This document shows positions 38,788-51,165 of a DNA stretch of 64,000 bases, piece after piece (the stretch's first letter is position 1; every line of letters begins with the position of its first letter). The stretch spans positions 178,498,001 through 178,562,000 of the forward strand of contig NC_042998.1 of the NCBI RefSeq assembly GCF_006345805.1. Reading direction: 5' to 3'. A program made the translations under genes and the position numbers. The stretch comes from Octopus sinensis (taxonomy: Eukaryota). The notes beneath the pieces were generated by a model. The model ran no database searches and had not been told where the DNA came from. It saw nothing but the letters and a program-made list of their open reading frames with translations.

Positions 38788-38949
38788 CTAAGACCAGCAA
38801 GTGAAAAAAAACAAAGAATGTGTGCATGTGTGTGTTCATTCCCATTTACTTTCATCAACTTTGATTTTCATATCTCAGTTGTTCAACATGTAAATTGTCC
38901 TATGCATGGATTTGGGTATCTAGCATAAGCTAATGCACTATGACTTTAA

Positions 38950-39343
38950 CCCTTTAACATCTAAACCTACCATACCTAGCCCAAATATTCTACCTGGTTT
39001 TGTTCAAACCAGCCAGATCTGGCCTCTCACGCTTACTCTGCAATGTCATGTCAAAAATAAATAATCACATCATTGTAGCACTCACGGAGAGGTTGGCGTT
39101 AGGAAGGGCATCCAGCCGTAGAAACACTGCCAAATCAGACTGGGCCTGGTGCAGCCTTCTGGCTTCCCAGACCCCAGTTGAACCGTCCAACCCATGCTAG
39201 CATGGAAAACGGATGTTAAACGATGATGATGATCATCATCATCATCATCATAATCACAAAGCTATGAGATAAAGCATGATTAATGAGAAGCAATGTGAAT
39301 AAATAAGCATTACATTTCACAGAGTAATCTCAATGCGAAAGGC
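38950..39343. mobile_element. piggyBac-type MITE (same family as 19968) with nested RTE tail at ~39076-39232
   Basis: TTAACCCTTTA start; internal similarity to 19968-20188 on both sides of the insert. Confidence 0.8.
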
Positions 39344-40434
39344 TTGACTGATGCACCTTCATCTTCTACACATGCTGACATCTGCATCAAGTTGTCTTCA
39401 GCTACATCCTGAAAAACATGCTATGAATAGTGTAAATACACACACACATATATGTATACATGTGTGTGTCAGTATGTTTATGTCACTTTGTCCTGACATC
39501 GAGTGGTTGTTGCAAATGAGTGTCATCGTTGCACAAACAGTATATCATTCATTTCCAATATTCTGTAGAAAAAACACGTCTGGTCAAGGGGAAATATTAA
39601 TTTATGTTGCTTGGAAACAGATAAAGGTTGGCAACAGGATGGGCATCTGTCTGAAGAAAATCTACTTAATAATGTCCATCAGATTCATGCATGCATGGAA
39701 AAGTGGATGTTAAAACAAGGATGATGATGATGATGATACATTCATACATACGTGTAAATACACACACGGAAACACACACACTGAGGCATGAACACATGTC
39801 TACATTTAGTAAAACACACACGTACATAAATTTATGAGTATATGAAACCATTTTCATGTACATATTGATTTTTATCACTGACACAAGGCCAGAAATGTTT
39901 GTTTGGCGTGAGTGGAGGTGAGGTGAGAGGACACACTGATTACACCATCTTTGTACTTGACTCATACTTATTTTATTAATTACAGAGGAGATGAAAATAA
40001 AGTCAGACCGTAAGTAGAATTTTAGCTCAGAATATAAAAGTACGTTTGTCTACACTCTACCGTTATTATCATTTATCACAGTGAAATTGCTGTTTGATCC
40101 CAGATCAGTCCCAGTCAGGTAGATCTTTGACAAAGGGGATTCTAGCCAAAACCATTTCATGTCTTTTTTTCGAGCTTTATGTATTCCAGACTACACTGTC
40201 TTTATTTTTTTATATAAAAATGAGAGTGTATGTGTGGTTTAAAAGAGATTTGGCTGCTATTTCTAGTAAGTGGTGCAAGAACACAGATGCTCTACTATTG
40301 GCTCATTAACAATTGTAAGTGGTGCAAGGTGACTAAGTGGTTAAGAGAATGTACTTCTCACTCATCAACAGTATGATGTATGCATACATTGATATTTAGA
40401 CATGAACCTTTTAATAATGTTTTAATTAACTCAG

Positions 40435-40620
40435 GCGGCGAGTTGGCAGAATCGTTAGCACACCGGGCAAAACAAAATGCTTAGGCGCGCTTCGTCGTTC
40501 ATTTGTTCTGAGCTCAAATTCCAGAGAGGTCAATTTTTCCTTTCATTCTTCCGAGGTCGATAAAACAAGTATCAGGTGAGGTAATGCAAACTTGCTGGCC
40601 TTGTGCCGAAATTTAAAACC
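40435..40620 (+). mobile_element. Diverged GGCGGCGAG-family SINE
   Basis: GGCGGCGAGTTGGCAGAATCGTTAGC...CTGAGCTCAAATTCC. Confidence 0.8.
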
Positions 40621-42147
40621 AATAATCTCTTTCTTATAATGAGACTCACACTCAACTGGGCATTGCTACTGATCTATTCTAATTAAGCAGACCTATGACC
40701 AAATGTGTTCCAACTGTGACCATTCCATCTTTTTTGTATACGTAGGACTGCATTGTGCAATGTGTCCATTTCTAAGATATGATTTTAGAGAGATTTGGCT
40801 GCTATTTCCCAACAAGTTGGAAAACTGTGTAGAGGTTTCCTTCTTGGATTGGCTCAACTGTGTGTTGTTATGTTGCTGGGGGTGTTATTTGATTAAATTC
40901 AAGAATTTATGGAGTAGACATTGATATTTAAAGTTCGTAATATATCTAGAGCGCAGAGGCACGCAGTGAAGGAGTAAATTACATGCAACACATATTTTAA
41001 TGCTTATTTGCTATTATTTCACATTTATTTATTTGTGTTTATTAAATCCTTCTAATGTCAGGCTCTTTGTAGATTAAAAAAGGCGGCTTTGTGAGAAACA
41101 GATGTAATTGAAATATCCAGAAATATCCGAAGAATTTCACAGTTTAGCCACGAAATAATAACAATGGAACACACGCACACACACACATACATTACAAGCA
41201 CACACACACATACGCATACATAATTTGTACATAATTTGTAAGGCGAAGCTTAAAATCTTTCCGCAACATTTTATAATGGAGATGATGATGTGTAGAAGAA
41301 TGTTAAACATCTTAGCTACACACACACACACTCGAGTACTATAAGGAAATTCTTTGTAAACAACGAATTGAAATGCGATAATGGTGTTTTTGGAGGGGGG
41401 GTTAAATTTTTTTTTTTTTTTTCGTTTTGTTGTGCCCCTCTCCCCCTTATTTTAATAAAAATGATTTAAAAAATCAACTATACATTTCTGGTTTGAAATA
41501 CTTATTCTACATTACAGTAAATACAAATGAAAATTGAAACCTTGCTTTATAAATGCAAGCATGTATGTATGTATGTATGTGTGCGTGTGTGTGGTCTGTG
41601 TGCGCGCGCGGGGATAGGGGTGTGATAATAGCAATAATGATGCTAATAATAATCATCATCATAATGAAAAAAGGAAAAAAAAAATAAATGAAGGCAAAAT
41701 GAGTCATGGGAGATGAAGAGTTCGAGTGAGAGGAAGGGAGACACGAGAGAAAATATCAACGCCCTTAATGTAAGTTTACCGTTTCTATACGGTGTGTGTA
41801 TGTGTGTGTGAGTGTGTGTGTGTGTGCAAGTATGCGTATATGAGAGAGAGTACGCGCGGTATAGAATGAGTAAGTATGTGTGCGGTGGTGTTTCCAGCAC
41901 CATCCAACCTGCCACCCCCGCCTCATGTGAATAACCAAACGGTAGCAGAGACTTTCGTTGGCAGCGACAACAGCTTTTACAACAATCATTATTATTATCA
42001 TTATTATTAACTTTTGTAAAAAGTAGTAGCTTTTGTTATTGTAGTAGCAGCAGTAGTTGTTGCAGCCGTAGGTGATAGAATTCTAGTGAAATGAGGAACC
42101 ATTCTACATTACGCACAGAGTTCACTCTGTGTGTGTATGCATGTATA

Positions 42148-42185
<38 letters not shown>

Positions 42186-42334
42186 CGTATATTTGCCATT
42201 TGAATATGGCTAACCCCTAAGGGTGGATGCTACTGTAAGTTTGTAGCCCCATGAAGACACCTCCTCCAGCTGGCTATAGACACACTTTCTGTGCCCTATC
42301 AGTATTTGTGAAGGGATTTATCATTATATATATA

Positions 42335-42378
<44 letters not shown>

Positions 42379-44649
42379 CACACACACATTATAACACCAA
42401 GAACGATTGTGACATATCGGTGATATTAAATGAGGGTGTTTCTACAATCATCGAAGAGGTACCCCAAACTAAAGATGCGTGGGATGTGATAAAAAAATTT
42501 TTTTTTAACGACCATAGTTTGACGAAAAAGGATTTGATTAAAAACCCGTAAGAGAGGGATTTTGTACGGTACTAGTTGCTTTCCTTAAATATCGTCTTGT
42601 GCAAAAATAATGGTCGTGGTTGCTGGGCAAGTTTTATTTTTAGAAGCTCAGAAGTGCAAACATGGTTATGTGGTTAAGAAGTTCGCTTCGCATGCACGTG
42701 GCTCCTGGTTCGATACCAGAACAAGCACCTTGAGCAAGTAACTTCGGGGATGTGAGTAGAAATTGGTAGACACAAACTATTCAGAAAGCTATACACGCTA
42801 TTAATTATATGTCCAGATGTCATACATATATCCAAGTGTGTGTGTGTATATATATATATATAATTCTCAGACAGTTGTCAGTAAGTCGTTACATTTTTAT
42901 ATATCGCCGAACAGTATATTACTGGTTATGGTAGTATAACCCGATATTGTGGTATATAACATATATATATGATACTCGTGTGTAGTGATATCTTGTGAGC
43001 AACGTTATTTGAAAGTGTCATTGGATTATCTTCATCACATAATTTCTTACATAGGCACAGTGAAGTGAATGGGCGCTAAGCTAGATTGACTGCGGCAGCG
43101 AAACAGAGTGCTTGTCACGGTGATTTCAACATCGTGGGACTATTAAAAAAATTGTTTACACGTTTTACAAATCACAAAATTATGTAAACAAGTACTAGTT
43201 AATATATATTGCGTTCATTGTCTGCAATTCGGTCTCGAATCTCAGTTTTTGAGTAGATAATGTCCTTGAGAAAAAAATATGAATACGAATATCATTTCTT
43301 TATTCTCTTTCTTTAAAAATTTCGTTTGGAACCTATGATTCAAATATGTTTTGCTTATCCCCACGTCACCCTTAATCAAGGAAGATGCAAGATGAAAGGT
43401 GTTCCAGCGGTGCCTATCTCGTCTTAATTCTTTAATATAGCCAGGACTAAATTGTCAAATGTATCCTGCTTTGTGTTGAAGAATTTGGCTTGTAAAGCGC
43501 CAATCTAGGAAGAGCATCCGCGTAAAGGCTCCGTTGTTGGTTAGCCCCACGTCAACTGTAACTGAGCAGACTTATGATCAAAGGTATTCTAGCCATGGCT
43601 ATCCAGTCTTTGTTTTTCAACAAGAAGCTATTTCCAAAAAATCGAGTGATTACAAAGCGGCTCCTTTGTATGTCGGAATGACTGATACAAGAGGGGCCAG
43701 CTTGAAACGTTAGATATTTTTTCATGCATCACAACAGGTTATCTTTTATTTTATTTTTCTACTCTTACTTTTCACTGTCGACAGACCATTTATAACTTGC
43801 CTCATATTCTAACGATTATATATTATTTGTAAGGTATCGCTTTCGGACGCCTTCCGTTCTCGTGCTGAAATCCTACTGATACCGGCATTCTTTTTCAGTA
43901 TCGATAACGCAAGTACCAACACTACATCGAAATTAAATAAATGGATAGGATGAGAATCACAGCTCACAGCCTCTCAATTCCTGTCGCCTAAACATTTCAA
44001 GCACATACTATAATATATATCAATGGTTGTTTAGCCACAGGTTAGCTTTGATTGAATAGGTCTATCAACAAAGGTGTTCAGTTTATGTAGGACTATCTTC
44101 GACTCTAAGACAGTTTTGTGAAATTGTTCAAGTGGTGGGGGATAAAAATATATTTACCAACATTATATTCATATACAAAAGGCAGTGAGTTGGTAGAAAT
44201 TGACAGAACATAGTACTACTTCCATACTTGATCTCGTCTCTTCAAATTAAACTGATATTAACTGTACCGTTCATACTTTCGGGGGGGGGGGGTTAAATGA
44301 CAGTAAATATACACTAGTGCGATCTAATTACCTATAAGCTCTTCCTCACAAAATTTGACCTTGTCAAAAGAAAATTGGAATCAGAAATAACAAATACAAT
44401 TCTTAACAAGCAACAACGCGAGTAAGCGAAATGCTTTTTTGGTATTAGCAATGTTAAAGAATGAAAGAAAGAAATCAAAACGCAATAATGGGATTTAAAG
44501 GAAGAGAAAAAAAATGAAAGAATGAGTTGAGTCATCAACTTTTTTTTATCAATTCTTTCTCGTAAAGTTAACACACACAGGTGAAGTAAATTAGACGATC
44601 GTTCCGCATGAGTTGATGTTGCTTTACAACTGTTAGTTAACTTGAGTAA

Positions 44650-45245
44650 GAGTGATTCACCTGATAGGTGCTAACATGATGCTATGTTGATATATATCAT
44701 CAGCATTTGTCACTGAAGACGCCAGAGGAAGACGCTTATGGAAAGAAGCTAGCATTTTATTTTCTCATCTACCATAGATAATACAACAAGGCAGTACAAG
44801 AATTAAAACGCAAAAGGTCCTTCGCATTTCTCTGTATGAAATCCACCCCCTTAAAGCCTTCCTTCTTTTACGCCCGCCCCCTTCTTCGCCTGTTGTGTTG
44901 TGTGAGAGTGTGGAAACCGAATAGTTAATAGTGGTTCCATCCTGAACATCATTAACAACACATGACCTGACAAGATAAATAACAGACAAATAAGATCGAT
45001 AAAATCGTCGTCTCACGATGTCGAATCGAACTAGTCAAAACGTTCGTGTCTGTGTGTGTGTGTGCGTGTGAAAGATATTGTGTTGTAGTGGAGACAGCAA
45101 GTAACAAGGCACGCTGAATGAAAGAGTCTGATACAGACTGAGGAAAAGAGGGAGAGAAGAGAAAGAAAGACACAAAGAGAAAGAAAGCGAAAGAGAGAAT
45201 GAGGGAGAAGTAAAGAATGTTTCGTGTCGGCGCCATTTTGAATAG
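44650..45245 (-). other. Candidate first exon / 5' UTR of a minus-strand transcript
   Basis: CAAAATGGCGCC (YY1/initiator) followed by a long CT-rich leader; possible donor ATCAG|gtgaat near 44660. Confidence 0.4.
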
Positions 45246-46328
45246 ATCTGGCGGCTGATTAAAAGACGGGAAGCTATGTTAAGAAGTTGCCGGTGAGAGA
45301 TGCACCTGCCCGTAGCAATTAGTCATCGAAGAATAAAATATAGTAGCTAATAATGATGTCAAGCAGCCGGTCAAGGGAGTGACCGGACAACAGTTAAGCA
45401 AGCATACAGATGTGAAATACGATCAAAAGATATAATAGGTGAATAAATGAAAATCTATTTTGATCGTGGAATAAAATGTAATATGACATTGTATTCGTAA
45501 ACAGGAGCGAGTTGCTTCTCTTGCATAGAGATAAAAGACTACTGTAACGGTAAAAAAAAAAAATCTATTTTCTTTGTAAAGTACTAATGTCAATTTAACC
45601 TAGCTTGACAGTCGATCTTAGCGGTGAAGCACTGCATTTCATTAAATGACAATATATATACATGCATATACATTAATTCATTATTATCATCATCATCATT
45701 ATTATACACCCACTGCATCATATATATATAGATATATATATATATATATCTATATATAAATTCTAAATCAACGATTTTCTTTAAGGATTATTTAAATGAC
45801 ATTGAAAGTTGTATGATAAGAGAGATTAATCAATGTAGAGGTGATTACTTTGGATAGGTATGAGGGATAAAGCGAATTTAGAGGATCAAGTAAATTAAAA
45901 TCGATTTAATTAAACGCTTGTAACGATCAATTCACAAGACTCGGCGAAAATCAGCATATTTCTAACATTCACCTATTCTAAGTGTCACCATATCTATGTG
46001 TGTGTGTCTGTGTGTTACAAAGCAATCTACCTCCGTGAAAATATGCACTTTTCAAATGACTTTATCCTATACTGCGGTTAAAATTCACTTTTTTGGAGAT
46101 CACTCACATAGAATATATGGTTAACCTTCGTTATTCAATCTGATCTATCAATAATCAAGAAAGGACAAATCTAAGAAAAATGGTGTTACATGCAACGAAA
46201 GAAAAGGATAGGTGCATATTCTCACTAATTTCTTATGCACGAGCCCTTGTGTAAGTCTACACTCGAAAGCCGTTATCACGTATTTTTTGTTTAGTTTAAC
46301 AAAATGCCAGCAACTGAAATTCTCTTAC

Positions 46329-46510
46329 CCATTTCGAAAGTCCTTGGTTGGCACCGATGAGGGCACCGACCACGAAATTAAATCCAGGAAGTTAGACCAC
46401 TTGGTTACATTTCCTTGGAGTCGATAGAAGCGTGGAGCAGCACAACATCGAAGACGAGGAGATAGCTTAACAACCCGTCTCTCCCCCTTCCTGGGCGATA
46501 CCATTCAATT
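46329..46510 (-). other. Candidate alternative first exon
   Basis: CpG-rich; ends cgaaATGG|gtaaga; lies downstream of a CCAAT box; also open from ATG 46504 (MVSPRKGERRVVKLSPRLRCC...). Confidence 0.4.
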
Positions 46511-46596
46511 AGATTACTCCAATGGTTGCTCTTTCTCTCTCTATCTATTTCTCTCCCTCTATCCTCTCTCTCTTTCTTTCTTTATTTCTTTCTGAA

Positions 46597-46630
<34 letters not shown>

Positions 46631-47322
46631 CCTGTTTACTGAAACAGTGTTAACATAAGATATATATAAAATATTATGCAACAGAAATGTCCTATCTCTG
46701 CAAGAAAAAGGTATATGGAGTTGCTTCCACTAATGTATTTATAAACGTCATATATATTTATTTATTATTCTGGAAACCAAAACATATTTATAAAAGATAA
46801 CCTTAATACCAAGCAGAATTTCATATTTCACACCTTTTGAAATATTTTATTCCAACTACACCTTATGTATGAACTATATCAATACTACTAATATTATCCA
46901 TACATATGTGTGTGTGTTACTTTATTTCTCAAGAGTGCTTATATGTTTATAATAGTTACAAAGCTAATATATGAATATTTGTATCTACACACACACACAC
47001 AAATACACGCGTACGTACACTTATTTTAAGGGGATTATCTATGTGTGTTTTTCAATATTTTGTTATTATTGCTAAATGTTTTATTCGTTTCTTGTTAGTT
47101 ATAATTACATCGTTTAATATCCTTTACGCGTAATACAGAAGTTTGACAAGTTTGTGCTATATGGGGGAGGGACACTAGCCCGCTCTGCCAACAGTTACCT
47201 CACGCAGAACCCTTAACATTTACATAGTACGCGCGGGAAATTACATTATTTTTCCCTAACTTGAAGTTTCCTAAGGATTTTCATAACTTTGCGTGAAAAT
47301 GTATCATTTCTCCCCTTTTGGT

Positions 47323-48112
47323 AAGACTTCCTTTGTACCCTTCCTCGCAAAAAAAAAACACCCCTTTTTTAATTTAACTTTTTTTTCTTCACAAACCCCC
47401 GTTTTCGGCTACGGATAATACGAATTTGCAAAATAATTTGTTAAAATCGGCTTTTGAAATTACCCCCCCCCCCACACCTTCATTTCTTCATTTTTAACTA
47501 GGGTTTTAGGATTAGGGGTAGGAATCTTTTCGGTTTGAACGGCAGTTTTTAACATAATTTCTAGGTAACTAAAAATTTTAAAACTTCGTATACTAGTAGA
47601 ATGCGTTTCTAAAACATCTTTTTCCCTTGGCCTTATCGAGAAAATTCTATAGTTTGTAAGATATTTGTTGTTTTTTCTTCAATGTCTGCAATTTCAACCA
47701 ATCACTGACGTCTATTGAGGTAAAAAACATTCTGTGCCGTATGAATATGTCCCTCGTTTAAGAAACAGATTGGGTTTATTTACATTTGTGAAGAAAAAAA
47801 GATACCTTTACCCCCACCTCTAACCCTAACCCTAAAAGAGATTGAAATGCAATAGATCGATACTAGGGTCATAATTATGGGTGACAATTTCATATGACAC
47901 CGCTAGAAAAAACTGTCGTTCAAACCGAAAAGATCTGGGGTTAGGGTTAGGGGAAAAAGTAAAAAATGAAGAAATTGTTGGGTGGCGAAATTTCAAAATG
48001 CCGATTTTTGGCAATTTTCCGGAATCTCCGTATCCGAAAATGGGGTTTTTTTGGCCAAAAAAAAAAAGAAAGAAAAATAGGGATAAAATAGTGGGGGACG
48101 AGAGGAAGTCTT
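47323..48112. mobile_element. Foldback/MITE-like element with long imperfect TIRs and internal TTAGGG-like repeats
   Basis: Ends AAGACTTCCT / AGGAAGTCTT; ~47323-47550 is similar to the reverse complement of ~47900-48112; telomeric units at 47499-47522, 47820-47835 and 47937-47953. Confidence 0.7.
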
Positions 48113-48934
48113 TCCTATGATTCATCATTATCATTTTGTTATTCCCATTATTTATCATACTGATATGATGTGGGTGTATATCAGACTCAGAATGTTGTTG
48201 GCGCTTGCCTGTGTGTAAGTGCTCTGTTAGGATTCTCCATGTAGCTAATGGGATAATCCGTTAGAATTCTAAAGACAAATGAAACAAAGGTGTGTGTACA
48301 TATACGTATATTTTCGATTATCAGAATAACCCTGAGTATGAATTGAAGTTTCAGCTTCCAATAAATTATATTTTCTGTATTGGGTCCTCTCTTTTCTCGT
48401 TCATATCATTATCCTCATCATTGTCGTTTCAATGTCCACTTTTCCACTTCCATTTTTCCATGTAATAAAGAACATGTGTCATTTGTTTCAATAAATTTTT
48501 AAAAGGAATACTGATTTTGTTACCAATTTTTAATGCCTACTTACTTTTCACCCATCTTGTAGATAGATATATAGACAGGCAGATAGATAGATGACCAATC
48601 TCTTTTAATCACCTTTATAGTCAACCAAACTGTCCTGAGAGATGTCAGACCAACTGTCCCAAGGGCAAAGGAGATGCTCTTGAAAAAAGAAAAAAAAAAA
48701 AAACTACAGAAGTAACACACTGTTGAACCAAGTTATGAATGTAACAGGAGTCTTAGTACTGTATGGATTCACACTCCAACCACAAAATATTCAGTCTGAG
48801 AATACAAGTGAGCCATATGAGTGATCTATAGATCAACCAATCAGCGTGAAGCTCTGGTGTGATATGGCTTCTTGGATGATCTAAAATTCACCTCCTCTTT
48901 ATCCTACTTAAACAATTTGGGGCCTAACTCACAG

Positions 48935-49072
48935 GCAGACCACCTTGGGCACTTGAAAGGACCACCATGGCATTCAAGCAGACCACCTTGGGCACTTGAA
49001 AGGACCACCATGGCACTCAAGCAGACCACCTCAGGCACTCAAGCAGACCACCTTGGGCACTCAGTAGGCAGT
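48935..49072. repeat. 21/22-bp minisatellite (GCAGACCACCTTGGGCACTCAA-like) with a 43-bp higher-order pair
   Basis: Six degenerate units visible; one more unit at 49252-49276. Confidence 0.85.
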
Positions 49073-49099
49073 CAATTCATTGACAGATGACTTACAGAC

Positions 49100-49240
49100 A
49101 GGACAATTGTGTGGTATGGTGCAAAGTCCTGTTGCTAGACATAGGGTCTTCCAGCAGGCACCCTCTTGACCCAGAGCAGCACAACCTCCTCCAGGGACTT
49201 GATGTAGGCCTTTGTATTGAGTCTGAGGCCATGTGGGAAT
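49100..49240 (-). mobile_element. maT/DD37D transposase fragment (same family as 2136-3130)
   Basis: Direct similarity to 2500-2630. Confidence 0.85.
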
Positions 49241-49639
49241 TGTCTGCATATGGGGCACTCAGGCAGACCACCTCAAGCAAGAAACAACTTCATACACTCA
49301 CACACACTGTACCACAGCTAACCTTCCAGAAGACACAGTGAAGTTCTCTCCTTTCTGCTGGTGGTTATTGTATCTGCATCTTTCTTTTCTAGGTTGCCAA
49401 CACAGTAAATCATGTCCATAAATAAATATTTTAAAAGTTCATGAGTTTTCTTCCTTTATTATGCTCACAGCCAACCAGATCACATGACAGTGGTCTTCAA
49501 CAATACATTACACACCAACAAGCAACCACCCACATGACAGTAAAATGATCAATCACCCACATGACAGTAAAATTGATTAAGAAGAGGATCCATTTAGTTG
49601 AGATGCAATTTAGAATTTTCCCAATTCAGTGTACTACCG

Positions 49640-51165
49640 AAGCTCTCTTTATTGTGAAACAGCAATAGAGAAGCCTAAAGTAATTCTCTCTATCTTGCAT
49701 TTGTTGATCTGGAGAAAGCTTTAAGAAGGGACACTGATCTATAGGCTAGTTGTCTCTTAGGAAACCGGGAGTTCATGAATGATTGTGAACATGGCAGTGC
49801 AAGCCACATACAAAGATCAAGTTAGTAAAATGAGGATTGGTAATGAATTCAGGGAGGAAATTGGAGTTAATATAGGTGAACACCAAGCACATTTTCAACC
49901 CCTTCCTATTTTTTATTGTCCTCTAGGTCAAAACAGGAATTTTCAGATTGGTTGCCCATGGGGACTCCTATATGCTAATGACTAAGTTCTAATAGTAGAG
50001 ACTGGAAGCTTTAGAGAAATAATCCCAGACATAGACACAAAACCTAGAACCAAAAGGCTTCAGAGTAAACTTAGCAAGACTAACATTTTAGTAAACAGGG
50101 AAGAAGGCATGACTCTGATACCATCAAAGAAATGGCTATGCTCAATATTCAAGTCGTGGGTAAAAGTTACTGATGGTGTATCCAATGTGATCTACTGATG
50201 AACAAGAAGTGTTGTGGAATCAAGACAGGCTAATAAATAAATAAAATTAAATGCGCCCTTTTTAAAGCCTAGCCAGGCTCTTGGGCCTGGTTTCTATGGC
50301 ATATGTGTTCCCCAGCTGGATGGGACGCCAGCCCATCGCAGCATTACTCATTTTTGCCAGCTGAGTGGACTGGAGCAACGTGAAAAGAAGTGTTTTGCTC
50401 AAGAACACAATGCGTCGCCTGGTCCAGGAATCGAAACTACACTCTTACAATCATGGTGCTGACACCCTAACCACTAAGCCATGCGCCTCCACAGACAGGT
50501 TAATAGCAAATATAAACTTTACCTATAATAGGTATATAGGAGTAGTTAGCCCTCAAAGCACCAGTAAATAAATTCCTTGCAATGCTCAGAAGTAAATGAT
50601 AGCTACTGTTATCTAGGCGACCTAAACAACCAGTGAGATGGGAGTTGTAAGCATAGTAGCCAGAATTAGAATAAGGTGGAAAAAGAGAAGTTATTTCCTT
50701 TGCTGATAACAAAGTTATTCTGTGTCTGAGCAAAGGATAAGTTACACAATGCATGAACAGCAATGCTATATGGTATTGAGACTTGGACATTGGATGCAAG
50801 TATATGCATCTGTTAGAAATTAAGCAAGTATGATTCATTGAATGAGTAATTTTAGTGTGCATGAACAACAAGGCACAAATGTACTGAAAGGGAAACTGGA
50901 TTATGAATGGAATAAATTGTAATTTACAAGAATGACAGCTATACTGGTATGGACATGTGTGTAGATTATGACAAATGACTGAAGAAGTGCCAAGAGATTC
51001 ATGCAGAAGAAGGTACTGGAAGAGGAAGACTAAGGAAATGTTAAGAGCTGATCTCAGGAAGCTGAACCTCACAAAGGAACACAACTAACAGTAGGATGCT
51101 GTGTTGGAGAGCATCCTTCCAATTCATGCAAGCAAAGAAAAGTAGATGTAAAAATGATAATGATA
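49640..51165 (+). mobile_element. RTE LINE RT/C-terminal remnant interrupted by a SINE
   Basis: YLAFVDLEKA, GCPWGLLYAND, LGDL...ARIRIRWK, MLYGIETW; (GAT)n-like tail. Confidence 0.85.
50236..50492 (-). mobile_element. tRNA-derived SINE with Deu-like core
   Basis: Head GGAGGCGCATGGCTTAGTGGTTAGGG; TSD AGACAGG(C/T)TAATA at 50223-50235 and 50493-50505. Confidence 0.88.

Larger units (their letters stand above)
40900..48300. promoter_or_regulatory. CpG-retaining promoter-like domain
   Basis: CG dinucleotides visibly frequent in non-repeat DNA here and rare in the flanks (by eye); YY1 motif 45229-45240, DRE TATCGATA 43899-43906, ETS CAGGAAGT ~46385, CCAAT ~46519. Confidence 0.6.

Noticed and set aside
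43049-43137. 89-nt minus-strand segment with acceptor and gtaaga donor (SHDVEITVTSTLFRCR...)
   Set aside because: Plausible UTR exon, but its only open frame does not fit the neighbouring candidates; not listed as a feature without RNA data.
44952-45236. ORF MAPTRNILYFSL... resembling a signal peptide
   Set aside because: Hydrophobicity comes from the CT-rich leader, and the ATG is part of the YY1 motif.
47820-47953. TTAGGG repeats as a telomere or fusion scar
   Set aside because: Only 2-3 units each, internal to a foldback element.
48935-49072. CRISPR-like repeat appearance
   Set aside because: Contiguous tandem units without unique spacers, eukaryotic context, no cas genes.
50500-51084. 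194-aa minus-strand ORF
   Set aside because: Antisense to an RTE LINE remnant.
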